Below are positions 9,915 through 19,761 of a stretch of 64,000 nucleotides of DNA, in pieces. The stretch covers positions 170,408 to 234,407 of the forward strand of contig JBAZWB010000002.1 of the NCBI GenBank assembly GCA_041660605.1, in the 5' to 3' direction. The translations under genes and the position numbers were made by a program. How positions within the stretch are numbered: the first letter of the stretch is position 1; each line of letters starts with the position of its first letter. Source of the stretch: Patescibacteria group bacterium. Lineage in GTDB: Bacteria; Patescibacteriota; Patescibacteriia; UBA10025; JAHIVO01. Below the pieces are notes generated by a model. The model worked only from the letters and a program-made list of their open reading frames with translations. It made no database searches and was not told where the DNA came from.

Positions 9915-11006
9915 TCATATTTTCCTAACAACCCCATTATAGGCATCAACCTCTATTTTGTCACCATCCTTGAACACTTTTGTGGCAATTTTCGTACCAA
10001 TAATACAGGGAATACCGAGCTCTCGCGCTACTACTGCCGCGTGCGAAAGCATCCCGCCCTCATCCGTGACTATAGCGCTGCAACGTCGGATAAACCTGAT
10101 ATCATCCGGATGAGTCATGGGCGAGACCAAAATAATTTTATTTTTTCGGGCTGGGCGTTTGTGTGATTTCGCCAGCAGAATATTAAAAACTATGCCTCGC
10201 ACTATTCCCGGATGTGCCACATGGCCGCTGACAACCTTTTGCCCTCTGGTGTTAAAAAAATTATTTAATAAACTCCTGGCTGCACGATTATCTGCCTGCA
10301 CAGTTTCCTGATTATTCCGCAATAAATAGACAAACCCGCGTGTCCGCTGGCGTAACCCTCTAATTTGTTTTTTAGATAAAGCCCTGCCATTCAGAAAAAA
10401 ATTCATTTCATTTCTCGTCATAGCTAGCAGTAATTCTGGCTTGAGATGCAGGGGCTTGCCAAGCTGACCCATAGCAGTACGCAGCCAGCCTTCAACCACC
10501 GAGTAAAACCTGCCAACCTGATCACGCTGTTTAGCGATTAACACGACAGATTTCCTTGGCAGTACGCGGGTTTCCTGGGCATCACCGAGATAGCGCATCA
10601 AGGCACTATAAATTCCCAAACTGATGAAGTAGCGCGGAAATTCATTAATGGCCAAACTAATAAATTTTTTTGGATTTTTTCTCGCACCTGATGCGGACCG
10701 CCGCAGCCGCAAAGAAATTTGGTGATACATGCTTTGCGCTAATTTAAGTGTAGTACTGAGCCAGTGGTGGCTGTTTTGCAACGCTTGTCCAACTTTTCTG
10801 CCAATGTCTTCCTGATTCATTAACGTCAAACATTCTCTCCTGTCGCCAACGCCTCCGATTATGGTATACCGGAAACCAATTGCCCGCTTTAACTGACGAT
10901 AATAAGCTTCGCTAACGCAACTCAATGTAAAAATAGAAATTGGACGCCTTACTCCAGTAGTTAAATTATACTTTTTAATAAAAGAAGCTGATAATAGGCT
11001 ACCCAT
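9915..11006 (-). CDS. PEP-utilisers swivel-domain protein, short class (363 aa)
   Basis: VTDEGGMLSHAAVVARELGIPCIIG. Confidence 0.9.
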   Translation of the reverse strand: MGSLLSASFIKKYNLTTGVRRPISIFTLSCVSEAYYRQLKRAIGFRYTIIGGVGDRRECLTLMNQEDIGRKVGQALQNSHHWLSTTLKLAQSMYHQISLRLRRSASGARKNPKKFISLAINEFPRYFISLGIYSALMRYLGDAQETRVLPRKSVVLIAKQRDQVGRFYSVVEGWLRTAMGQLGKPLHLKPELLLAMTRNEMNFFLNGRALSKKQIRGLRQRTRGFVYLLRNNQETVQADNRAARSLLNNFFNTRGQKVVSGHVAHPGIVRGIVFNILLAKSHKRPARKNKIILVSPMTHPDDIRFIRRCSAIVTDEGGMLSHAAVVARELGIPCIIGTKIATKVFKDGDKIEVDAYNGVVRKI

Positions 11007-11008
11007 AA

Positions 11009-12085
11009 TTATTTTTGTAACAATTTTACTTGCCCACGCGTTGCATCCACCTCCACCTTATCACCATCTCTTAAAACTTGAGTGGCGATTTTCGTACCGA
11101 TGACGCAAGGGATCCTTAATTCGCGGGAAATAATTGCAGCATGCGATGTAATTCCGCCCTCATCAGTAATAATAGCTTTTGCCCTCTGGTATGCCAAGAT
11201 AGTATCAGGGCGAGTCATCTCGGTTACTAAAATTTCATTTTTTCTGAATTTTCTGATTTGATTGGAGATATTATGCGATTTGTGGAGTACCAACCTTACA
11301 CTACCCCTGACTTTTCCTTTGTACGCTATTGTACCAGTAATTGCTTGTTTTGAATTAGTAAAATAATGATTAACCCATTTCCATATTTTTTTATATTCCT
11401 GACCGGTTAAAATAATTTCCCGACCACCCATTTTCCATAAAAGATATCCCTTTTTTCTACGCGAAATTAACTTTTGCGGAACACTTTTCCCTGTAAACAC
11501 TTTATTTATCTCTTTGCTGGTATAAAAATATAAATCTTGAGCGGCAATATTGAAACTTTTCCCAACTGTTGTTAGCAATTCTTTAAAAAGCAGATAAAAA
11601 ACTTGCTCGCCGGCCTTCCGCAGTTTAAAACGCAAGCGGCCAAGCTGATGCATTGTTTTTTTCTCCTTGGCACTGGCCAATGATTCAAATTTTTTTAGCC
11701 TCACCTCCTCAGTCCAGGTATAAATATTACTGTATCTATTGAGCAAGGAAACCATTTCCTCAAATAAAACCTTCAGCTGTCTATTACTCAACTTTTTGAT
11801 ATCAGTATTCCCGTATTTTTTGATGAATTGCCCAATTTGAAAAATAATTCGATCAGCATTTTTATGATACGCAGCAAAAGCGCCTGCCTGACTAAAAAAA
11901 CGGTGGCCTTTCTGGATTTCCTCATTATAACGGCCATTAATAAAATACAGATGTAAAACCGATTTATTATAAAAACACAGTAAATTATCATTTAAAATTA
12001 AATGGCGCTTATCAGTCAGCCAAAAAAGCGGTAACAAATATTCACGCGCCCAAAATTCTACTGATTTAATTTCTGATAAGCTCAT
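11009..12085 (-). CDS. PEP-utilisers swivel-domain protein, short class (358 aa)
   Basis: ITDEGGITSHAAIISRELRIPCVIG; start overlaps the upstream stop (ATGA). Confidence 0.9.
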   Translation of the reverse strand: MSLSEIKSVEFWAREYLLPLFWLTDKRHLILNDNLLCFYNKSVLHLYFINGRYNEEIQKGHRFFSQAGAFAAYHKNADRIIFQIGQFIKKYGNTDIKKLSNRQLKVLFEEMVSLLNRYSNIYTWTEEVRLKKFESLASAKEKKTMHQLGRLRFKLRKAGEQVFYLLFKELLTTVGKSFNIAAQDLYFYTSKEINKVFTGKSVPQKLISRRKKGYLLWKMGGREIILTGQEYKKIWKWVNHYFTNSKQAITGTIAYKGKVRGSVRLVLHKSHNISNQIRKFRKNEILVTEMTRPDTILAYQRAKAIITDEGGITSHAAIISRELRIPCVIGTKIATQVLRDGDKVEVDATRGQVKLLQK

Positions 12086-13578
12086 GATATTTTTTTAACT
12101 ACGCCTAGCTTCGCATCCACCTCAACGCGGTCGCCGTCTTTTAAAACGCTGGTGGCCGTCTTCGTGCCAACAATACAGGGTTTTTTCAGCTCCCGGGCAA
12201 CGATGGCTGCGTGGCAGGTGATGCCGCCCTCGTCAGTGACAATCGCCCGGCACTTGCGCATGGCCGGCACAAAATCAGGGTGCGTGGTAACCGCAATCAT
12301 AATATCGCCCTGCCTGATTTTCCGTAAGTCATGCTTGGTATAGATTACCTGTGCCGAACCCACCACCTGCCCGGGCGAACCCGCCATCCCGTGCAGAATA
12401 CGCGTTTCGTGAATACACTGGCCGCCAAGTTCCTGCTTGATCATTTTTTTAAGCTCTGGGCCTTGCATCACGACAACCTCGCCCCCATGCTTCCGCAATA
12501 ATCCATAAGCTTTAACCCGTGTCTTTAATACTGTTTTGTCCACTGGTAATTTTCCCTGCGTAAGGTAGGCAATCATTTCCTTTCGGATTAGATGGGTTAT
12601 TTCTTTAATAGTAACGCCTGCCCGACGGGCTAACTCATGATAAAGCGGTTGGATATTGTGGCTACCTAAACGGCGGTAATCATCGCGCTGATCCTTAATA
12701 AACGACATTTCATGCGCCATAATCAATAGTTCTCGCTGGCGGGGAGTAGGATACAGCTCATGCAATATTTTCTTGAACATCCGCTGGCGGTAGGGGAAAC
12801 GTTTTCTTAGCTGGCTTAACTCAAGCTTTAGACTAGCAATATTCTTCCGGAGCAACTTGTTTAATTCCGACATAAAGTATTCCCTTGTCCATGGCTTATC
12901 ATTAATGTCATAACATGGCAGCCAGCGGTACTTCTGCCAGTGGAGATTAATCAGGCGGCCAATAGCTGCTTGCTTCAGCCGAGGCTGGCTTTTTGTCCAA
13001 ACAGCCAGCTTAAGTAAATTTTCATGTTCGCTAATTACAGCATTCTTTTTTTCCGGTGAAAATATTATCTCAACAATTTCCTCCGTATCCGACACGCGCT
13101 GGTGCTGACGGAGGAGCTTTTGCAGCTCTTGTTCGGCGACCTGCGAAATAAAAGGTTCCGTAATAAATGGCACCCAGATCGGGCCATTGAAAAAATCCAG
13201 ATGCAGCCGATCAAACGCTAAATAACGTCTTCTCAGCTCTCTCCATGATAGTTTAGTCAGGTTACCGTTGGCCAGCTTCTGCGCGCCGCTGCCATATCTA
13301 ACCTGCCATCGCCGGACCAACTGCATATAGTAATGAAAAGTTGGCAGGTTTTTACAGGTGCCGTAATATACTTTTTTGGTAAAACGCTGCCATTCTGCAT
13401 TTTCATAATATATCGTATGATTGCCACGTTCGGGAGCGACCAGGTTGTTCTGCAGACTGGCATGAAAACGCTTCCGGTAGAAATCCGAAATAAAAACCCG
13501 GATGACAATTTCGAACCGCTGGCTGCAGAATTTCCGGGAAAAATAATGGGTCCAAACTATTTTTTTATCTTTACTCAT
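12082..13578 (-). CDS. PEP-utilisers swivel-domain protein (498 aa)
   Basis: VTDEGGITCHAAIVARELKKPCIVG; YRWL, KDQRD, ELARR. Confidence 0.9.
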   Translation of the reverse strand: MSKDKKIVWTHYFSRKFCSQRFEIVIRVFISDFYRKRFHASLQNNLVAPERGNHTIYYENAEWQRFTKKVYYGTCKNLPTFHYYMQLVRRWQVRYGSGAQKLANGNLTKLSWRELRRRYLAFDRLHLDFFNGPIWVPFITEPFISQVAEQELQKLLRQHQRVSDTEEIVEIIFSPEKKNAVISEHENLLKLAVWTKSQPRLKQAAIGRLINLHWQKYRWLPCYDINDKPWTREYFMSELNKLLRKNIASLKLELSQLRKRFPYRQRMFKKILHELYPTPRQRELLIMAHEMSFIKDQRDDYRRLGSHNIQPLYHELARRAGVTIKEITHLIRKEMIAYLTQGKLPVDKTVLKTRVKAYGLLRKHGGEVVVMQGPELKKMIKQELGGQCIHETRILHGMAGSPGQVVGSAQVIYTKHDLRKIRQGDIMIAVTTHPDFVPAMRKCRAIVTDEGGITCHAAIVARELKKPCIVGTKTATSVLKDGDRVEVDAKLGVVKKIS

Positions 13579-15071
13579 AGTCTTTTAATTATACCCTTAT
13601 TTGCATCCACCTCAACCATTTCGCCATTTTTAAATAACCGCATGGCAAAACGGGTGCCCACCACACAAGGTATTTCCAATTCACGGGAAATAATTGCGGC
13701 ATGCGAAGTCAGGCCGCCTTCATCAGTGACGATCGCGCCGGCCCTACGAATCAGCGGTACAAAATCCGGCCTGGTCATATATGTCATCAGCACTTCGCCT
13801 TTTTTTAATTTTTTCCCCTGCAAACCAGGTGTCTCAATCTTTCTGACACGCCCGCGATAATATCCCGGCGAAGCCGCTATGCCTTTCAATTCATTAACGC
13901 CACTTTTTAAATTCATCTCATTAATAATTTTCCAAATAGCGGCAAGCTGGCGGCCGGTTAAAATACCTTCCTGGCCATCGGCAAAAACATAATACAGCAT
14001 TCCCGATATTCTTTTTTTCAGATCCGCTCGGACAATTTTTTTTCCTTTAATGCTGGCAATGAACTCCTGCGGTATTAAATGCTGAGCCTCTGAAACCGAT
14101 AAATTGGAAATTTTCGTTACCTGGCTAATAAAACGATTGCACCAATAATTACCCAATAAATTAGCCACTTTTCTCTCATCCTGCCAATGGGCGGCGAAAC
14201 CGATGCGCTTCAGCTTTTTTATTTCCTCCTTGGATAATTTGGTCTTTTGTTCTGCCTGATGCTGCCGCCGACGTAAATCCTTTTCATAGTTTTTTAAATA
14301 GATATGCCTATTATTAATTTTCTGGTAATTTTCACTATCAAGCATTCTTAACTGGCTGTAAAATTTCCCCAATGACAACGGCTTTGTATCGCGATAGTTA
14401 AAATGCATCCAGTAATATTCTTTTTGGATCTTAATTAATTTTTGATAAGCCGCCGGCTGTTTCTTCTTAAAAATTTCCAGAGTTTTTGGCAATCTGCCTT
14501 TCAATTTCAAATACAAATCAAGCAGTCCCAGCTCTGCCATTTGTAAAAATGCCAGTTTTGGTGGGCTGGCAAATAATATGATATCCTCGTCAATTTTTGA
14601 TAAAAACCCATATTTACTCTTTAAGTTTTTAATCAATTTATCACCAGCCAGGGAAAAATACTCGGTAATCAAAGGCAGGCTGTATTCATACAAATATAAA
14701 TTATAAAAATTAAGGAAATCCCGCTGCAAATTTTTGATCCCCCTATGCGCCAGGTGATCTAAATTTTTATAATACCGTCTTTTATCCTTCTCCCACTGAA
14801 AATATATTTTGTTTACAAAATCAACATGGCCTAAACACCACTCACCCAGTTTGGTTAATTCGTCTTCGTCAAAAATCCAATACGCGCGATTGCCCCCATT
14901 GAAGGAAGCGATAATAATTTTTTTCGCTTGTAAAATAGGGAATCGCCGGTGCATAATCTTCGTTATTGCCTCAGCTGGTATGATAAACATTAGAGGTACG
15001 CCAACTCCGCCTTGGATTACCCAGCGCTTTGTGTTTATTAATATTTTCTTTTTTGTACTTTTAAAATTCAT
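13575..15071 (-). CDS. PEP-utilisers swivel-domain protein (498 aa)
   Basis: VTDEGGLTSHAAIISRELEIPCVVG; YYWM, HWQDERK. Confidence 0.9.
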   Translation of the reverse strand: MNFKSTKKKILINTKRWVIQGGVGVPLMFIIPAEAITKIMHRRFPILQAKKIIIASFNGGNRAYWIFDEDELTKLGEWCLGHVDFVNKIYFQWEKDKRRYYKNLDHLAHRGIKNLQRDFLNFYNLYLYEYSLPLITEYFSLAGDKLIKNLKSKYGFLSKIDEDIILFASPPKLAFLQMAELGLLDLYLKLKGRLPKTLEIFKKKQPAAYQKLIKIQKEYYWMHFNYRDTKPLSLGKFYSQLRMLDSENYQKINNRHIYLKNYEKDLRRRQHQAEQKTKLSKEEIKKLKRIGFAAHWQDERKVANLLGNYWCNRFISQVTKISNLSVSEAQHLIPQEFIASIKGKKIVRADLKKRISGMLYYVFADGQEGILTGRQLAAIWKIINEMNLKSGVNELKGIAASPGYYRGRVRKIETPGLQGKKLKKGEVLMTYMTRPDFVPLIRRAGAIVTDEGGLTSHAAIISRELEIPCVVGTRFAMRLFKNGEMVEVDANKGIIKRL

Positions 15072-16530
15072 TTCTCAATTTTTTTACATAACCGGAGTTG
15101 GCATCAACCTCTACTTTGTCACCATCCTTGAACACTTTAGTACCTATTTTCGTCCCTATTATGCAGGGCTTACCTAATTCACGGGAGATAATCGCTGCGT
15201 GGCAGGTGATGCCGCCCTCATCGGTTACCACCGCTGATGCCCTTTTCATTGCTGGAGCAAAATCCGGCGTCGTCATGGAAGTTATCAGAACATTCCCCTG
15301 CTTTAGTCTGCCTAAGATATCACCCGCTTGATGCGATACCCTGGCAATACCCCTGGCCTTGCCTGGCGAAGCTGCTATACCTTTTATCTTGTCAATATTG
15401 GCAAAATTTTTCCGCCCAAAAACTTGGAGCTGCTTGTCTTTTGCCTTTTGGCCGCCTAAAACAATAAACTTACCCCTAGTGGCTTCGCAATACAAATATT
15501 TCTGGCGGCTTCGCACTTCCTGCCAGTCAATTGCTTTATTTATCATAACCTCGTTTATTTCCTCGGGTGTGCACCATAAAAGATCGTTAAAACTGATCTG
15601 CCTTTGCCGATTTATAAATTCCCGTAATAACAGACGGCTGGCATACATGGCCTTCATCTGAATTTCTTTCCTCCAATCATGCAAAACCGCAATTTTTTCA
15701 ATCAATTCTAAATATGAACTAATTTTTTCCGGCAGATGATATTTTCTTTTTATTTCACTTTTTTTGCGTTTGATGTTTTTAGGAAAATTCCTGGCTTCTT
15801 TGATCTTTTGATCAAGCTGTTCGGGCGTAAAATTTAATAACTGCTTAATTCTGGTTTTAATATCGGCTATAGTCTGAATTTCAACGTAGCCCCAGCCAAG
15901 TGAGATCCACCAAAATTCATTATAATGCCTCATGATCAAGGCATCTTTGCGTTTCCTGACGAGCTTGTCTTTTATTTTTCTGGCAATAGTTAAAAGGCTC
16001 AGCTCTTCCTTTTGTAAATATGTAGGCTTAGTGGGGGTTAATAGTATATTTTGGGCATAATGATCCGTTGATGGTATCAGCTTATTGAGCAGTGGCGGCA
16101 AGATCACCTCTAAAGCTTCATCAACGCCATCCAAAGGCATTCCCAAATTAGCAAAGTGCAGATAATTACTGCTGAATTCCGTATATGATTTATAAAGAGC
16201 TTTATTGGAATACTGCTTTAAATTTGCGGTAACAATTTCTTCAGTAAAACTAATATTCTTTTTCTGCCAATACTTCCAGATACGGAGATAAGTATTTTTA
16301 AATTTATCTGAATTTATCAATCTATCCGCTATTCTTATGCCATACTTTAAATTATCTTTATAAGGATAAAACCAGCTTAAATTTTTTCCGGTTGAGATGT
16401 AAATAATCCTGCTAAAATCAATATCTAATTTTGAAAGGTTATGATTTACAGGGCCAATAACCCAATAGTAAAGCACCTGGGGTACGCAATTACCACGGCT
16501 ATACTGCATCCATTTTGTGCCAATTATCAT
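15061..16530 (-). CDS. PEP-utilisers swivel-domain protein, first gene of the array (489 aa)
   Basis: VTDEGGITCHAAIISRELGKPCIIG; FWWI, LHDWRK. Confidence 0.9.
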   Translation of the reverse strand: MIIGTKWMQYSRGNCVPQVLYYWVIGPVNHNLSKLDIDFSRIIYISTGKNLSWFYPYKDNLKYGIRIADRLINSDKFKNTYLRIWKYWQKKNISFTEEIVTANLKQYSNKALYKSYTEFSSNYLHFANLGMPLDGVDEALEVILPPLLNKLIPSTDHYAQNILLTPTKPTYLQKEELSLLTIARKIKDKLVRKRKDALIMRHYNEFWWISLGWGYVEIQTIADIKTRIKQLLNFTPEQLDQKIKEARNFPKNIKRKKSEIKRKYHLPEKISSYLELIEKIAVLHDWRKEIQMKAMYASRLLLREFINRQRQISFNDLLWCTPEEINEVMINKAIDWQEVRSRQKYLYCEATRGKFIVLGGQKAKDKQLQVFGRKNFANIDKIKGIAASPGKARGIARVSHQAGDILGRLKQGNVLITSMTTPDFAPAMKRASAVVTDEGGITCHAAIISRELGKPCIIGTKIGTKVFKDGDKVEVDANSGYVKKLRNEF

Positions 16531-16597
16531 ATAAAATTATGAATTCTGCCTAAAAATAAAAACATTTAGCTCTACTTATTCGCCCTTCTTTTCCTTT

Positions 16598-16626
16598 ATT
16601 CTCATTAAAAAACCAAAAAAAAGCAA
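16598..16626 (-). promoter_or_regulatory. Possible sigma70 promoter for the array
   Basis: TTGCTT-17 bp-GAGAAT upstream of 16530; imperfect match. Confidence 0.3.
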
Positions 16627-16673
16627 GCCCCAAGCAGCCATGCCGGCAATTGTGATTTTTTAATAAAGTAAAT

Positions 16674-18374
16674 CTATTTTTCTTCCTTGGACAGATTCAA
16701 AATAATCGCTAGTGAATTAAAATCCAACAATTGCAGATATTTTTCCGTTTTACTGTTGGTATGCCGGAAGCGCAGGTTCTCGGGCGCAATATTATCCAAA
16801 TGAAGCTTCGCCTGCAAATCCAAACCCAGGCCTTTTTTCAGGTTATTAAAAGCCAGTAAAATATTATTAGTGCGATCGCCAATAGTATCAATTTTTGACA
16901 GGTTCAGTCCGCGCGTCTGCTCCAGTAATTGGCCTAGTTCCTCTCTGATACCCTCTAACAACTTTACCTGGGGCTTTTTTAATCCCTTTCCGACAGCTTT
17001 AAGCTCAGCGGCGCTTAACTTCTGCAGACTCTCCGCCGCTTTTCTATTATTAATAACCTGGGTAATTTCTCTTATTGCCGATTCCATTGATTGCCAGGCA
17101 GTCCAAAATTCGTTAACCTTTTTATCTTTTGATAATTTAGCTGCCTCATAAGCGCTATGCGCTTCCTTGGCCTGGCTGGTCAGTTGTTTCTGGACGCTCT
17201 CCAGGTCTCCAGACTTTGCATCAGGGCGTAGGCCAATTGATGCCGGGTTATCCAGGGCACTGGCTTCCACTGGAACTAAAATTTCCTGGCCGGCCTGAAC
17301 CCTCAGGCTATCCAATCGGGGATTATAGTTCACTACCTCCCCTTTATTATTAATAATTGTAGTTTCCGCTGCCTTTTTATCCTGCAAATCAACAACGTCG
17401 TCATCATCCCATTTGTCTTCATGTCTTTGATCGCTGACCCTTTGGACATTATGCCAATACTTTTTATCCTGGCGGTGTGACAACGCTTCCAGTACCAGTT
17501 CGCTGTACTCGGCATCTGCCTTTTCTCTGGCTTCAGCTTCAGTCAGGCCCTCTTCTTCCATAATTTTTTCCATTAACGCCTGCTTATTCACGCCCTTCCC
17601 TTCATCCAAATCAAGTATGCCAGCAGATATTTTACCAATAAAATCCTCTATCTTGGCCACTTGGGCTTCTGTTAGTTCTACCTGTTTCTGTGCCTCTGCG
17701 TCATCACGATGTTCCTTGGCATTACGTTGCTGCGCCTTTACCCGCTCCACCCATTCAACCAATAAATCTAAATTTTCTGCGAATGCATCAAACAATTCGC
17801 CCTGAAAATGCTCTGTTTTTACCTCCAGAAGTTTGCTCACACTTTCCTTCAGATTCCATTTTCCCACATTACTAAGCTCGCGAAAGGCTATATTGTTTTC
17901 ATCATCTGCTGCCTCTAAAAAATAATCCTGACGTCTCTGCTTCTGGACAAAAATCCGGCCTTCACGCTTTTTATTAAAATTAGCTGAAATTTCTGCTCCT
18001 TCATCTTGCCGCCAGTCATCCGTACCGCATTTACTCCATATTATCTCACTTGACTCAGGGTCAAAAGTGGTAATCCCTTTCAACCAGGCATCCTGGTTTT
18101 TTAACCCCAATTCTTCAAGACGCCTGGCGAGCATCAGTGTGCCACGCGTATCCCCAAACATATGCTTCAATAGTACCTGTGTCGCTGCTTGCGACACCAC
18201 CCCTGGCCTGATATTGTTGTTTTTGAACCTTTCAACCTCTTCCGGCTTCCGCAATAAATCCATAGCTTCTTCTGGAGAAGCCAGCTTCTCTTCCATATTA
18301 TTTACTTCCAAACTATCGCCACCTAAACCATGTTCAGAAGCCAAAATTTCGCCCCCTGGTATTTCACGGCTCAT
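16674..18374 (-). CDS. Hypothetical soluble helical protein, paralogous to the C-terminal tail of the VirB6-like protein
   Basis: Shares LLKHMFGD, WLKGI, GTxDWR, QKQRRQxY, LSNVGKWNL, ENLDLLVEW and YNPRL with 19762..22944. Confidence 0.8.
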   Translation of the reverse strand: MSREIPGGEILASEHGLGGDSLEVNNMEEKLASPEEAMDLLRKPEEVERFKNNNIRPGVVSQAATQVLLKHMFGDTRGTLMLARRLEELGLKNQDAWLKGITTFDPESSEIIWSKCGTDDWRQDEGAEISANFNKKREGRIFVQKQRRQDYFLEAADDENNIAFRELSNVGKWNLKESVSKLLEVKTEHFQGELFDAFAENLDLLVEWVERVKAQQRNAKEHRDDAEAQKQVELTEAQVAKIEDFIGKISAGILDLDEGKGVNKQALMEKIMEEEGLTEAEAREKADAEYSELVLEALSHRQDKKYWHNVQRVSDQRHEDKWDDDDVVDLQDKKAAETTIINNKGEVVNYNPRLDSLRVQAGQEILVPVEASALDNPASIGLRPDAKSGDLESVQKQLTSQAKEAHSAYEAAKLSKDKKVNEFWTAWQSMESAIREITQVINNRKAAESLQKLSAAELKAVGKGLKKPQVKLLEGIREELGQLLEQTRGLNLSKIDTIGDRTNNILLAFNNLKKGLGLDLQAKLHLDNIAPENLRFRHTNSKTEKYLQLLDFNSLAIILNLSKEEK

Positions 18375-18394
18375 ATAATTATTATTTAATATTT

Positions 18395-19744
18395 TTAATC
18401 GTTCTCTGAAACTAGCTTGCTGTTTTTTATATAATTCTTTGCCCAGGTAAAATTGCCTGTCTCCTGGTCGCCATAAGCTAAGCCTTCATAGCGCACGCCC
18501 ATTAACTGTCCGATTTCCACTCCGACGAGCGCTGAATCATTTTCATCAAACTCAAGTTTTTCCCTCAATAAATACTGCAATAATTCTGAAATTCCCGCCG
18601 GTGAACCAGGGTCGCTTTTAAGCGCGAAAGTAGCGCTATTTATTTCATCAGGTTTATATTGTGAAGCGTACTTTTTTTGTATATACTCCTGCACCGCGGC
18701 GTGCCAGGCCAGGTTATCGCTCAAAGCGGTCGCCAATGATCCCTGCCGAGCCAATATTTTTAAGCAGGCGATAACTTTTATTTTCTCGTTTTGCCGTGAA
18801 GCCTGCGCCAGTTCTCTTTTTACCATTTCTGGCTCGCCCTTGGTGTCGTTAACCAGCTGGTCTTCCAGGTCCAATACAACCTGTCTCTGCAGGCGGTAGT
18901 CCTGATATTTTTTCTTCAATAGTGCCAGAGGGTCTGACTGCCCGACTGGCGCTGATTCCATTACTGATTTATCAATATTTATAACTTGTGACTTGCCGTT
19001 TTTTGGCTTCATTGGTTCAAATGTCTTTTGTTTTGCTATAAGTACAAACCGTCCGTTCTGTAAATCAAAGATATTACCGTCATCATCAATCATGGTCATG
19101 GTATCTTCAATACCTTCCGGCGTTAATGACGGGATGCCTAGTCTCTCAAAAAGATGAAAAAGTTCTTTGAGCTTTTTCTGTTCAGTATAGGGTAGTTTTT
19201 TAAAATTAATATTATCAGAAAAATACTGCGCTTCTTTTAATTTGTCCACGCCCTCTGTCCCTACTTTCCGGAAATAATCGCGAAACCAATTTTTTACCAC
19301 GCTGGGCACCTGTTCATTGTTTATTACCAGAGAACCCGGCACTCTCTGGTTATTACGTAATAATGCCTGGCGCAGGCGCTCCTTAAAAGCATCTCTCTCG
19401 CTAATATAGATCTGCACCAGTCTCCCAATTACAACGTCCATTAAATCAAAATCTTCGGAGCCAAGCGCATCATAAATCCTTTGCTCAAAAAATGATTCTA
19501 CTTCTTTTTCCGAATAAAACTGCAAGCCGGCAAACCGCAGTTTGGATATCCATAATGAATAGCTGCGCTCTAATTCGTTCATCGCTCCCTCCGGTCTGAT
19601 CTGCAGGGTTTTATCGAGAAATTCGGCCAGCTGATAAGTCCGCCGCTCAACAAACCTGACATAATCATAAGCTTCGCTAAAAACCCGCTTGGCGAATTCC
19701 GGCTCCAGAAGCTTTTGCCTGGTTGTATTTTTCAGATCAATCAT
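18395..19744 (-). CDS. Hypothetical protein (449 aa)
   Basis: Long ORF with tight spacing in the operon; no recognisable motif. Confidence 0.75.
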   Translation of the reverse strand: MIDLKNTTRQKLLEPEFAKRVFSEAYDYVRFVERRTYQLAEFLDKTLQIRPEGAMNELERSYSLWISKLRFAGLQFYSEKEVESFFEQRIYDALGSEDFDLMDVVIGRLVQIYISERDAFKERLRQALLRNNQRVPGSLVINNEQVPSVVKNWFRDYFRKVGTEGVDKLKEAQYFSDNINFKKLPYTEQKKLKELFHLFERLGIPSLTPEGIEDTMTMIDDDGNIFDLQNGRFVLIAKQKTFEPMKPKNGKSQVINIDKSVMESAPVGQSDPLALLKKKYQDYRLQRQVVLDLEDQLVNDTKGEPEMVKRELAQASRQNEKIKVIACLKILARQGSLATALSDNLAWHAAVQEYIQKKYASQYKPDEINSATFALKSDPGSPAGISELLQYLLREKLEFDENDSALVGVEIGQLMGVRYEGLAYGDQETGNFTWAKNYIKNSKLVSEND

Positions 19745-19761
19745 AGAGATGCTATTTTAAT

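Noticed and set aside
2741-15331. Recurrent plus-strand ORFs with similar peptides (MAAWQVxPPSSVT...), e.g. 2741, 4016, 6938, 12152, 13333, 15098
   Set aside because: They are antisense shadows of the conserved swivel-domain codons, not a second gene family.
1001-16530. Array as an integron cassette array or DGR target set
   Set aside because: Most junctions overlap or are under 40 bp with no attC-like sites, and no integrase, reverse transcriptase or TR/VR pair is visible in the window.
1001-16530. Annotation as ppsA/PEP synthase or PTS enzyme I
   Set aside because: No ATP-grasp or PEP/pyruvate-binding barrel is present in any member, and the swivel domain is C-terminal.
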